Shown piece after piece: positions 37,301 through 51,300 of a stretch of 64,000 bases of DNA (position 1 is its first letter; each line of letters begins with the position of its first letter). This stretch comes from Octopus sinensis (Eukaryota). The notes below the pieces were generated by a model that was not told the DNA's origin, did no database searches, and saw only the letters and a list, made by a program, of their open reading frames with translations. Location: positions 126,046,001 through 126,110,000 of the forward strand of contig NC_042998.1 in the NCBI RefSeq assembly GCF_006345805.1, written 5' to 3'. The position numbers and the translations under genes are program-made.

Positions 37301-40300
37301 GCAGCTGTACTTTCAGCATTTCCCTTGATTTTAGGATATCAATTCTGTTCTGGTGGGCAGCAATGCACCACGTATCTCAGCCTTCGCAAGGCTAAGCATT
37401 TTGAGATTGGACTTCAATATTACTTCATCCCATGTCTTTCTGGGTTTCCCTCTTCCACAACTTCCCTCCACTTTAAGTGCTCGGCACTTTTTATGCAACT
37501 GTCCTCATCCATCTGCATCATTTGACCAAACCAGTGCAGTCTCCTCTCTTGCACACTGCATATAATTCCTCTTATGCCCAACTTTTCTCTCAATACACAA
37601 ATGAACTGTTGCATATGTATGTGTGTGAACTTATATATATTGGTTCATCCCATAAATAATGTAGGTTTTTTTTTTATACTTCTTTTATTTTTCAAAATTA
37701 GCATGAACTAAGTTCTTTTTTAATCTAAAATATACTCTCCTTCATTTTCTACAATGCTCTTCCAGCTGGTAGACTTGCAAGGACTGTTTTCCAAAATTCA
37801 CTTGTCCATAAAGAAAAATACTTCTCCAATACTGTTCTGACCTTTACAGAATTCATATTTTTTCCATCTAAATGATTCTGAAGACTGCGGAATAATTGAT
37901 AATCAGATGGGGCAATGTCCAGCAAATATGATGGGTGGGGCATTGTTTCCCATTGAAATTGCTCCAGCCTTTGGAATGTCATCCTTGCTGAATGAATGTG
38001 GCCGAGCATTATCCTGATGAAAGAACACCTTTCGTCTTGAAACCAAAGGTGGTCATTTTCCTTCTAGCACTGACTTTTCCGATGGCATGCAAGTGTTGGT
38101 GAATGGTTGAATGACTAAATCCAAGCTTCTCTGCTAGTTCCTCAACAGCTACAATGGGATTTTGTTCCACCACGGTTTGCAGGATGTCCTTGTCAAGCTC
38201 CACAGATTTTCCAAGATGAGACTCATCTAGGCTGTAGTTTCCAGCTCGGAATTTCTGTAACCACCATTGATACTGACTTGTACTTATTGTCTGATACTGC
38301 ATTTATATTCCTCACACTTTGTTGCGTTGTTGCTTTTATTGAACTCATAAAGAAAAATATGCTCCTTTGTCACTTCCATTATAGCTTTGAAAAAATAACT
38401 GTTAAAATCGAACTGCACTAAGAATACAACCAAGGTAAAATTACTACATGCTTTTACAGCAGATTGATGCAGGTAGTGTATCCCATCCCACTCTGACTTT
38501 TCATGCAATTGAAAAAAAAATGCATTAGTGCCACACCCTAGCAGTTGAGGGAACCTGTGGAAGAGGTAGACCCAGGAAGACCTGGGATGAGGTGGTGAAG
38601 CATGACCTTCGAACATTGAGCCTCACTGAGGCAATGACTAGTGACCGGGACCTCTGGAAATATGCTGTGCTTGAGAAGACTCGGCAAGCGCAAGTGAGAC
38701 CATAACCTTGTGGCCTTTGCCAGGGGTGTGACCAGTCCATTTATGCTTGCCTTTCCTTCATTGGACACTAAACTCTGCTTGCGAAGACCTGTTGAGGCAA
38801 GTGAAATCAAATTCAATGACTGGCATCCGTGCTAAGAGTACCACATGAGTGAGATCATTACCAGAGCAACAAGCTGGCCTCCATGATAATGGCACATTAA
38901 AAACACCATTTGAGCATGATTGTTACCTGCGTCACCTTACTAGCACTTGTGCTGGTGGCACATGAAAAAAAAACATTTGAGCGAGGTCGTTGCCAGTGCC
39001 ACTGGACTGGCTCCTGTGCAGGTGGCACATAAAAAGCACCATTGAGCATGGCACGTAAAAGCACCCACTACACTCTCGGAGTGGTTGGCGTTAGGAAGGG
39101 CATCCAGTTGTAGGAACTCTGCCAGATGAGATTGGAGTCTGATGCAGCCATCTGGTTTTCCAGACCTCAGTCAAAGCGTCCAATCCATGCTAGCATGGAA
39201 AGCGGATGTTAAACGATGATGATGATGTACCTGAACAAACTTTTTTGCTGAAGAAGATCTAATAAACCAAAATATTCTGTTTCTATCACCATTTGGCTTT
39301 AAAACCTGGATCCACTCAAATCTGCACTGTTTATATTATCCAAAAAATATTAATCATGTGATCTTATTGGAATTATCTCCATAAGCATTATTAGAAGTTA
39401 TTCATCTACTAATTACTTGGATAATCTTTTGTTGATCAAGGCTTTTCAACTCATTGTATTACCTACATGTGTCTATCTTTTGTATGTTCCTTTGAGGCAT
39501 TTTATCTCGGTCACATTATTGATATATAGCAGCTGGTTTGGTTCCCATCAGATACATATGTTACCGTAACATATTGTAACAGAGATGAGATGCTCAAAAC
39601 TAGAATATTTTTTATCATAGACCTGCATGATTGAGGTTGTCCTGGAGTTAACAAAGAATTCCATTTCATCTTTTAATTATTTATATATTTATGACATTAG
39701 CATGGATGTGTGGTTAAGAAGTTTGTTTTGCAACCATGTTGTTTCAGGTTCAGTCTCACTGCTTGCTTGGCACCTTAAGCAAATATTTTCTGCTACAGTT
39801 TCAAGCTGACCAAAACTTTGTTAGTGAATTTAGTAGATATCATCATCATCATTATCTTTTAATGTCTGTCTTTCAAATTGGCATGGTTTGGATGGTTTGA
39901 TAGAGTCTGATAGGTCAGATGTCTATGTCATACTCTAGTAACTGAAATAAAATACCTCGAAGGAACATACAAATTACAAATACACATAGGTAATATAATG
40001 GCATGGTTTCTCTTCCTAGATACCCTTCTTAATGCTAACTACTTTACAGAATGTACTGGGTTCTTTTTATGTGGCACCAGCACTAGTAAACTCACCATGT
40101 AGCTTGCAAGACTAAGATCCCAATTACTAAGTGGCACTACAGTAGAGAAGGAGGCAGCCTTGTGATTACTGCTGAGGGGTTAACCCTTTAGCATTCAGAT
40201 TTCTTTGTCAAATGCATTGCTTATTTATTCACATTGTTTTGAATTAATTGTGCATTATTGAATTAATTGTGCATTATCTTGTGGCCTTGAGATTTCAATG

Positions 40301-43300
40301 GTGTGTTTGCATATTTCTGGAATGACTTTGTAGGATAGGTATGAGAGGATGAATCTGGTTAGTTTTAATGTAAAGCAGGTAGAATATCTGGGTCTGATAC
40401 AACTGGATCAAATACTAATGAAAGAAGGGGTTGGAATAGGTTTCTTTCTGTAGAGGAGATATGTGGCTACTTTATACAAGAGTGAGTAGGTATCAGATTG
40501 TAGTTGGAAAGAGATAAAGATGGGGATGAAGTGTTATGGTCAGCCCTGAAGGTCTAAGAAAGTAAGTGGGAATAAAACAGGAAGGATGGGAGGGGTAGAG
40601 ATGGGTTAGGAGGGTTGGAGGAGCAATATAATGACTGATGAACAAGGATTGATACATCATTGATGATAATATGTATTGCAGAAAAGACACTGGAGTGTAG
40701 GTGATGACTGTAGAGATTGGGTAGTGTTGAAGGGTGAACATAGTGAATGGTGGATAAGGATGGAGGGATAATCAATGCTACATATTATTTAGAGGGAAGA
40801 TAAGGAAGAGCAGATGATGACTTGCAGTTCAGAAAGGGGTGAAGAGTAGCAGAAGGTTGAGAGACAGGAAGATGATTTGTGGGTAGGTAGGCTGCAAGAA
40901 TGCAAGTAGAGAGATAGACATGGTACATGGGGTGGGTGAAAGATGTTTGGTAGTTAGGGTAACTCAACAGGTAGTGGTTCAGTGAAGAGGGAGAGATAAT
41001 TTGATAGCACAGTAGGTTAATCAATGTGAAATGTGTGTAGATTGAGACAATGTTGAGCCTGAAGGATGGATGCCAAGGAAAGTGGTTCTGGGTAATGAAA
41101 AAAGATAATGATAAAATATGTGGTTTTGTTCTCATTTAATTACAGCTGCAAAATACTGCTGTTAGACAAGTGATGGAGGGATCAGTGATAGAGAAATGAG
41201 GTGATTGGAAAGGCTTAATGTACAAATTGGATGAGGGAGCCACTTGTGTACATACATACTGTGCTTCCAGAACCTCAGTTTCACTAAGAGGGTAGACCTT
41301 TTCAAGCATCACATATCACTCTAGTTAGTTTCAATTGCAAGCTGAGCCCCCTTTAATTTTGCTCAGCTTGCTTTCAGTTTTGGTGTATTGATGCAACTCT
41401 GAATTTTGATTACGATCAACCAGTTACTTTATCTTGTAAATTAAAGAATCTGACGTTATTTGGAATTAAAGTTGGGAAATTTGGGTAATTTTAGCCAGTC
41501 AATAGACAGCGTGGCATTAGCGGCTTGTTACCATGACAACCACACGCTATCTTGTGCTTCACTTCACCCATGTCTGTGCTGCGTGTTGTTCTGTTTTGAT
41601 ATCATGGAATAGAGAAACTGTGGGTGATACAGATAATTTGACATTATTTTTGAATTCTGCATGCAATAACATATAAGATATACGTATTCTTTTACTTGGA
41701 ACAAATTCTTTGTTGACCAGTGTTATTCTTATCGTAGTTTACAAATCCAAGCATGAAAATGTTACTCAACTTTAGAGTTTTGGAGACAGACACCTCCTTT
41801 TCACACACACACATGCACTTATATATTAATGATGTACACAAATACATGACAGGTATACATAATACTGAAATACGCATAAAGTAAACACATGCAGACAAAT
41901 ATATTAATATAACAATTTTTTTTTTTTATGATAAAACATGCAATCAATGTAGAGACAAAAGAACCAGTAAGATGATACATGTTGATTTTATTAGGTATTT
42001 CTGTTTTAGAAACTTACAATGAACAGATCATTTCACAGATGCTAAACTATAAATTTCACAGTGTATGCAGAAAATTTGATTATTGGCTAAGAATACACAG
42101 TTTTACTGATTTTTTAAAACCTCTAACTTTTTCTTCCAATTTTTTTCTCCGCAACATCATACCTTCATATTGATTTATTGTTTCTTCCTCATCATTATCA
42201 TTGTCGTTTAACATCCGCTTTCCATGCTGGCATAAGTTGGACGGTTTGATTCTAGCATGCTGAGCAAAGATATATATAGGATTTAGCAGCTAAATCTCAC
42301 TTGAAAAAAAGTTGGGTAATATAGTCTTAGATAAAAGTATATCTGAATATAAGACAAGAGCTGAACCCAGGGTCAAATAACAAGTTAGATTGATGTAGTC
42401 ATATGACAGTTAAGTGGCCAACTCACAGATTTAGTGTAGTACTGATAACTGGTTACAAATTATTGATTCCTTGGAAAACAGTAGACTCTAAGGAAATTAC
42501 ACTTGTCTGATTTGTCAAAAAGTAATAAATAATTCTAGCGATGGTATAGAACTTATTTGAATTGTTAATCCCGACTGGTTGTCTCATTAAACAAATTGAA
42601 TCTGTCATCAGATTTCAGTTTCAAACTAAAGCTTCATCGCAATCACTTGATCACTAATTACTTTAAGAAAAGAAAGTAAGTCTTAACTTTTTTTACCATT
42701 TTAAAAAAAATGCTGGATTTTGGAAGAAAGCACCTAATAGAAATACTTCATAATATTTAATTGTATCTCTTTTATGTTCTACCACTGAAGTATTGGGGGT
42801 TGATTAAACCACTTGTGCCCTCTCCCAAAATGTGATCTTGTGCCAATGTTAGAAATTTTTATTATAAATGATGATGGGAGATAGAAAGAGTTAAATGATG
42901 GGCTAAATGTTTTGTGGTCTCAAGTTATGTCCTTTTGCATTCTGAGTTCAAATCTTGCTTAGCCTTTGATTCTTCATGTTTCAAGTACTGGAAGTTGATC
43001 TAATCAACTTCATCGATCTCTCAAAGTATCTGACATTATCCCCATGTTAAACTACATGAGGGTAAGTATTGAATCTCTGAGTTAACAATCATTATAATGG
43101 TGTGGGGCAATGCTTTGCAGTATTAGTTACATCCTTTTACATTCTGAGTTCAAATTCCTTTCCTATAGACTTTTCCTATAGTGCTGAGTTGAACTAAACC
43201 TTCACCAGTTTTACTGTGTTATAGCTACTTACAACCTTGTAATATTGCTCCTACCTAGATTTCAAGTGAGACTTAGCTGCTTTTTCTTGTAAGCTGAACA

Positions 43301-43958
43301 AATATATACAGGCTTCTCAAAATTTGAGTAGGAACAACATTACAAGGTTGTAAGTAGCTATAACACTGTAAAACTGGTGAAGGTTTAGTTCAACTCAGCA
43401 CCATAGGAAAAGTGGTCTTAATCAGACTTTCTTTGTGAAACATAATCTAATAGAAATTAAATAACTTTCATCTGCCCTGTGTCAATAAAATAAACACTAG
43501 TCAAGTCTTGGAGTCAACCACATTTTTGCAAAATATGATGTGACCTTGTGCCTGTATTACAAACAAACTATGATCTGACACTCCAAATTTTGAGGATAGG
43601 CTTAGATTGTGTAGAGGTACCTTCATTACCACTGCTGTTAGAGAACTCTCAGTTGATACTTCTTGTAGTTTTGGTCTGATATGAACATCACAATTCTTCA
43701 CCTGTTTCTATTAAAACTAAGGTCTCGTAGCTGTCTTTTAGAAGTCTAGATGTCCAATTTTAAATGTTGAAATTCTACATACAATCTCATAACACCAAAT
43801 ATAAAGATGCCTGACTTTCCTGTTTAAACAGGACACAAACTTACTGACACTAAGCCACTTAATACACTTCACTTAAACAAACCCTCTTAAAATTATTCAT
43901 TCACACACAGCATATGCATCTTTTCGCACATACACACACACACACACACTCTCTCTCT

Positions 43959-43992
<34 letters not shown>

Positions 43993-46900
43993 TACAGGGT
44001 GTATATATATACACACATACTGTTGCCTAAATTACGCAAAAATGAAAACAACTCTGACATCTAATTTTAAATGAGATATTTACCAAAATTACATAAAAAT
44101 ATCTTGAAAGAGTAAATTTATTCAATGAAATCATCATTGGCTTCAACCTGAGCCTCCGGACAACTTCGGAATCTCCTGCAACTCTTCTGGACGGTCTCCT
44201 TGTTTAAGTTGGTGAATGCTGCCATAATCTTTCCTTTCGGTTCATCTTTGGTGTTATAAGGAGTTTTGTTGGTCTCTTGCTCAACTGCACCCCACACAAT
44301 CAAGGGGATTGCAGTTAGGTGGCCCAGATGTTAGGGGTGATGTAGTTGCAGATATTGTCTGACAGCCATGACTGGGTTCTCCTGCTTGTGTGGCATAGTG
44401 CAGAGTCCTGTTGCTAGATATAGGATCTTCCAGCAGCCACCATCTTGACCCAGGACAGTACTGCCTCCTCCAGGCACTTGATGTAGGCTTCCATGTTGAG
44501 TCTGAGGCCATGTGGGAAGATGAATGAGGCATAATGTCACCTTCACTAGTGATCACTCCAAACAGCATGATATTGACTGGATGTTTGACGTTTATCACTC
44601 TCGGTACATGTCCTCAGATTGACACCCAAACACTCTGAAATGTTTGTATTGGAGCTTGTGGTGCAAATGCCAAGCAGTTCAGCATGTTGTATCCGAATTT
44701 TTGGCAGAGTGAATTGTGTCATGATGCTGTTTTACTCACAGATGGTGCCCAGCTAACCCTACTATACTGTATATTTGACAAAATCAAAAACAAACAACGG
44801 ACATGCACAAAATTAACAATATTAAATGGTGACAATTTACCCATCTCACCCTGTATATCTATATACATATACACAGCTCAAATAAAAAAAAAACCCATAA
44901 AAATTGAATGTGAGGACGTGCACAAGAAGTGTATTAGCTTCATGCTCGGTGAAAGGAGAGAGTTTGATGTTTCGAACATAACTGTTCATCTGAAAGGAAA
45001 AAGGGAAAAGTCCAAGGATGGTGATGAAATCACCATTAGCACATGTGTAGTTACATATGTGTGTGTGTGTAAATATATACAATAATACCTCACTCTTTTT
45101 AGGATACCTGTTTTAGGAGACCCCAGGTTTACAAGTTTTATTTTTCAAGCACAAGATCCAAATTTTGAACAAAGTGCAAAAGTTTCTACTACCATATCAA
45201 ATGGTTCTGTGCGTTACCAAGAAATTTATAGAGAGTGAAAAAGTAGCTTCTTCTAAGCAAACAACTCTGGACTAGTTTTTTAAAAAGAAATCTAGAAGTC
45301 CATCTATGAGTGCTTGTGAATTGGCGATTGCATCTACAAGTGATGATGTGCGTGTGTCTGGTTGTATTTCTGTATGTACGTATGCATGCCTGTTCATGTG
45401 TTTAGTATGCGTATCTACATATATACACACACACGTGCATCTGTGTATATATGTGTACATATGTATATATGTACATATATTTGTATATGTGAGTGTGCAT
45501 ACATATCCATGTGTGTGTGCGCGCATGTGCGTGTGCGTGTGTGTGTGTGTGTATGTGTCCGAAGAGCATTTGTGTGTATAGATGTATATGTGAATGACCA
45601 CATATGCGTACATATGGACCAATTCTTAAAGGTTAGCTAAGGACAATTGCAGCTAAGGACAACCAACCATGAAGAACAAATCAACAGTACAAAATAATCA
45701 AATGCCAATCCCTTTAAAACGGCAATCACTTTAACAGTTGCAGAATCACCATCCCATTACATCTACACATTCCAAGCAGTTTGCCAATGGTCCTTCAGCA
45801 ACAACACACCTTGATAAACTCAGTGGCTACTACTAACCTTTGGCCATGACAAACAGAAAGGATGCTCTTGAAGCTGAGGATTTGACAATATTTACATATT
45901 GCCCGAGGAAACACAACTAGATCTCATAATGCAGGGAAACAGTTGCATAATCAAGTACATGCATGCCTGGAGGACTACGTTGTGTAGAAATATGGCGAGC
46001 TGGCAGAAACATTAGCACGCCAGTGAAATGCGTAGCAGTATTTCATCTGCCGTTACATTCTGAGTTCAAATTCCGCCGAGGTCAACGTTGCCTTTCATCC
46101 TTTCGGGGTCAATAAATTAAGAACCAGTTATGCACTGGGGTCACTATAATCAACTTAATCCCTTTGTCTGTCCTTGTTTGTCCCCTCTATGTTTAGCCCC
46201 TTGTGAGCAATAAAGAAATAAGAAACAATTGTAATGATTAAAAATAATTATCTATTCACACATGACAAGCCCAAACGCAAACTGGTGAATTTGAGTAAAT
46301 GAGTTTTGAGCCAGTTTGACTCTTATTTCTAGCAATGCTGTGTACTATCTTGTACCTTGATTATATTAATAATTTTACCTTTATGGTTATTTTATGCTCA
46401 CTAGCCACTTATATTATTATTTTTTATTAATAATGATATCTTTGTATATATGTGTGTGTGTACATACAGGATGTGGTGAATAAATTGTCATCTAAATTAC
46501 GCAAAAATGAAAATAACACTGACATCTCATTTTAACAGATATATTTACGAAAATTACATAAAAAATACCTTGAAATACTAAAGAGTAAATTTATTCAATA
46601 AAATTGCCATTGACTTCAATCACAGCCTCCAGACGACTTCGGAATCTCCTGCAACTCTTCTGGACAGTCTCCTTGTTTACGTTGGTGAATGCTGACATAA
46701 CCCTTACCTTCAGTTTGGAGTTTTGTTGGTCTTTCACTCAACTGCACTCCTTACATAATAATCAAGGGAGTTGCAGTCTGGGGAGTTAGGTGGCCAGATG
46801 TTAGGGGTGATGTAGTTGCAGATATTGTCTGACAGTCATGACTGGGTTCTCCTGCTTGTGTAGCATAGTGCAGAATTCTATTGCCAGACATAGGGTCTTC

Positions 46901-48303
46901 TAGCAGTCACCCTCTTGATCCAGGACAGCACTACCTTCTCCAGGCACTTGATGTAGGCTTCCATGTTGAGTCTGAGGCCATGATGGAAGATGAATGGGGC
47001 ATAATGTTGCCATCACTAGTGATCACTCCAAACACTATGATGTTGACTGGATGTTTGATTTTTATCACTCTTGGTATGTGTTTTGGGGACACGGCAATCC
47101 AATAGTTGTTTTGTGTGTTCACCATCTGATCCTGGCAGAAATTTTTCTTGTCTGAGAAAAACCAAAGCATGTTTGGTTGAAAGGGAAGCTTGAGTTTATT
47201 CAAAAGCTTCATAGCACTGTCTTTCCTCTTGTCCTTGATGGCTTGGGATAAAAATTGGCCCTTTCTCATCTTGTCTGAGGAATACCGAATGTCTTCATGC
47301 ACTATCTACTGTTAAGAAACTCAGATGCTCCCATGTCCCTGGTGATGGACCTGAGTGACTTGGAGAGATCATTGTCAATCATGGCCTGGATCTCACTAAC
47401 AAATTCAGAAGTACTTTTCTTATCAGAACTATCAGAGTGAGTTTTCCGAGCTGCTGTACCTTCATGATCATCATTAGACTCATCCAACTCTTTCCAAATC
47501 ATCTGCACTGTCCTCAGATTGATGCTCAAACACTCTGAAATGTTCATTTTGGAGCTTCTGGTGCAAATGCCTAGCAGTACTGCATGTTTTGTTTCCAAAT
47601 TTCTGGCTGAGTGAATTGCATCATGGTAGTTTTTTTCACAGACCGTTCCCAACTGACCCTACTATACTGTGTCGACAAAATCAAAAACAATGTGCATGCA
47701 CAAATATAAAATGGTGATAATTTACCCATTGCACCCTGTATTCTTTTATTCTTTTACTTGTTTCAGTCATTTGACTGCGACCATGCTAGAGTACCACCTT
47801 TAGTCAAACAAATTGACCCCAAGACTTATTCTTTGTAAGCCTAGTACTTATTCTGTTGGTCTCTTTTATGGAGACATAAACACACCAACACTGGTTGTCA
47901 AACAATGATGGGGGGACAAATACAGACAAACATAAATATATGACAGGCTTCTTTCAGTTTCCAGCTACCAAATCCATTCACTAGGCTTTAGTCAGCCCAA
48001 GGTTATAGTATAAGACACTTGCCCTAGGTGCCATGCAGTGGGACTGAACTTTGCCTTGTGGTTGGGAAGCAAGCTTCTTACCATACAACCACTCCTACGC
48101 ATATATATATATGTTAGACCACTGAAATCTACAAGTTTTTTTCATTCTCTCTCTCTTTATTTTCTCTTATTCCTTTCTGTAGAAGAGTGTAGGCTCGAAA
48201 CAGACTTTTTCATTTTTCTGAACATCAAACTCATACACTTGCTTGTTGTTCATACACTTGTCTTTGTCTTTTGTTTTTCTATAAATTTCAGCACTATATA
48301 TAT

Positions 48304-48340
<37 letters not shown>

Positions 48341-51300
48341 CCCAATATGTACTTATGTATACATACACACATTCAGAACATGTGCATGTACACACACACA
48401 CATGCATGCAAACTCAGACCATGTGCTTATCACACATACACAAATCCAATTGTAACATAGATTACACAGGCTGAGATTATTGTAAATTTCTTATGAAGAT
48501 ATATGCAGGAGTTTTTCAAGGATGGCATTTTATTTTATCTTTTTTTTTTTTTATCTTAGAATTCTTTCCATTTATTATTTCAAGTAGGTATTTTATTTAA
48601 ACTAAAACTCTTAAGATTTTGCTCAATTTTACTGAAAAAAAAATTAAACATTCTTTTATTCTTTTAGTTGCTTCAGTCATTTGGACTGGGGCCATACTGG
48701 AGCATCACCTTTTAGTCAAAGAAATTGACTCCTGGACTTATTCTATGTAAGCCTGGTACTTATTCTATTGACTTCTTCTGCCGAACTATTAAGTTACGCG
48801 GACGTAAACACACTAACATTGGTTGTTAAGTGATGGTGGAGTGGGGGAGACAAGCACAGACACAAAGACACACACATAATTTTATACATATATATACAAT
48901 GGGCTTCTTTCAGTTTGCGTCTACCAAATCCACTCACAAGGCTTTGGTTGGCCCATGGCTATAGCAGACAACACTTGCTCAAGATGCCATGCATGGAACT
49001 GCACCTGAAACTATGTGGTTGGGAAGCAAGCTTCTTACCACACAGCCATGCCTGTGCCTATATATATGATTTTATAATATTTTTCAAGTGGTTAGTATTG
49101 ATGTGGTTTTTGTGCGTATGACTTGCAAGCATACACACACATGCACATGCATAGACACTGAACTGGAAAAGAAATGCAATTTTTTTAAATGTCATTTTCA
49201 TATGGTAAATTCTGAAAATTTATTTAGGGAATGTAAATGTAAATATTCCAAGACATGCTGGTTTATGGCCAAGATCCAAATGAGATGCCAAAATACGGCT
49301 GCGTTGAATGCCATGGGTGGCAGTCACAAATAATTGTCATGAAAACCAAAATGCACATGCATCTCATGGAAGTTATGGATATAAAAATCAACTTGAACCA
49401 TGTTCCTAGCATTCGTGATTTGGATGCATCAAGTATGACCTGATTGTCAGCAGTACAGATAGAACAAGCTGTCAGCCGATTGCAAGCAGTGCAGCATGCT
49501 CTGGTTGTTGTGAAATCTTACAATGTTCATTTCAGCACCATCTGTTGCCTGCAACAGCAATGCAACACCAACAGTACTGCAGACTGTGCTTGCAGAAGGC
49601 ACCCCTGGGTGACCACACCCATGCAGGACCACTTCATCCACCTGCAATATTTCCATGATCGCTTCAGACCGGCCAGCATGACAGCTCGTGAGACCATTGG
49701 CACTGGACAGCAACGACAGTACAATGTTGACTGGTCGCTAAAAACCTGCGTTGCCGTTGTCCTGCTCAAGGGCCTGTCCTCACTGCCTGCCACCATCAGG
49801 CACAAATACAGTGGGCTACACAGCACCGACATTGGTGGCATCAACATTGGAGCTCGATAGTCTTCTCTAACAAGAGCCAGTACTGCATTTCCACCTTGGA
49901 TGGCAGAATGAGGGTGTGGTGTAGGAGGGGGGAATGCTACAGAGACTCGTGTCTTGGACAGAGACATGTGGGGTGGCCAAAGCATCATGGTTTGGAGTGC
50001 TATAGGCCTGAGAATCGGGCCCCATGTGTTCCAAAATGTTGGTGCAAGCAGAAGGAATGGCATCACAGCACAGTGCTACATTGACCAGATCCTAAGATCT
50101 CACATCATGCCCTTCTATGTGCATCACCATAGTCACGTGTTCCAGCAGGTCAGGGTCACCATGGATTTCCTACGTCAGCACAACATCAGAACCATGCTCT
50201 GGCTGGCTCTCAGTTCAAATTTGATCCCAATTGAACACCTGTAGGATGAAATCTAGAGATAGCTGAACCAGGTGGTCCCAAAGCCAACAATCCATAAAGT
50301 TATTTATATTATGATGGATATTCAGCCATAGAAACCCATTCATAGCAGACACTGAAATATTCTGCAGTCTTCAGATCTGTTGGATCTTGTTGATCTGTCC
50401 AACCCAAACAAAACATAGAAGATAGATGTTAGATGTTGATGATAATGACACACTAAGGCTTGTGAGAATTATTTAGTCTTGCAGAGGACATGATGACCCT
50501 TGTAGTGTTGGTGTCCCATTATAATGCACCCAGTATGTTGCATAATGTGGTTGGCTAATGAACAAAGACAAAATAGAATCAACCTGACTCTTTAGCCTTA
50601 CCAAGGATGTGACAACATCAACAGCATTGGTGTCATGATAAACTGTACCTAATAAACTCTCTAAAGTGCTGAGCTAATGAACCGAAACAGCATTGGATCC
50701 AGAGTATCCTTTAATCTTGCAAAACAGAACAACCTCTCTAGTGCTGGTATCATAATAAAATATGCTCCGTATACTCAGTAAAGTAGTTGGTCTAGGAAGG
50801 ACTTCTAACATTAGAAACTATACTGAAAATAAAATGTATGAGTGGGATGAATTCCTCTAACCTATCTAGGAGAGCAGCAACTGATTCAAATTCTGACAAC
50901 CTGTCTTCTTTCTAGTATGGAAATCAGATTTAACATTATGAGGATGATAGTAATGAATCATATAAAGAAGAGATAGGTATTGTTGATTTAAAATTTGTTT
51001 GTGTGTATATAAAACAAATTGAAGAAAAGAAATACGACACTCAGACAGGACTTAAACTTCATATCTACCAGGTGTCTGTGATAAGTACATGGTTCAAGGT
51101 CTGTTAATAGGTTGTTCATTTTTGAGCTAAAATTAGTAGTTAGATTTAAATAATGTTAGTGCTTTTTATATTTAAAATATTCACTAAAGAAATGCAAAAG
51201 GAGCTAATTGAACATCATCAGCAAAGTGTAGCCTCACTATAATAACTTGTTGAAGTGATGTAGGAAATAAATCTCCCTGTAAATATTCAGATATGCACAT

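Noticed and set aside
39246-39290. CTGAAGA followed by AGATCTAATAAACCAAAAT as another hammerhead
   Set aside because: No GAAA, helix II or NUH in register.
40480-41140. Purine-rich stretch with several minus-strand ORFs
   Set aside because: Compositional bias explains the ORFs; possibly an old LINE, but I could not identify a diagnostic motif.
50915-50976. AG...GT-bounded segment as an AUP1 exon
   Set aside because: Stops in all three frames and no homology.
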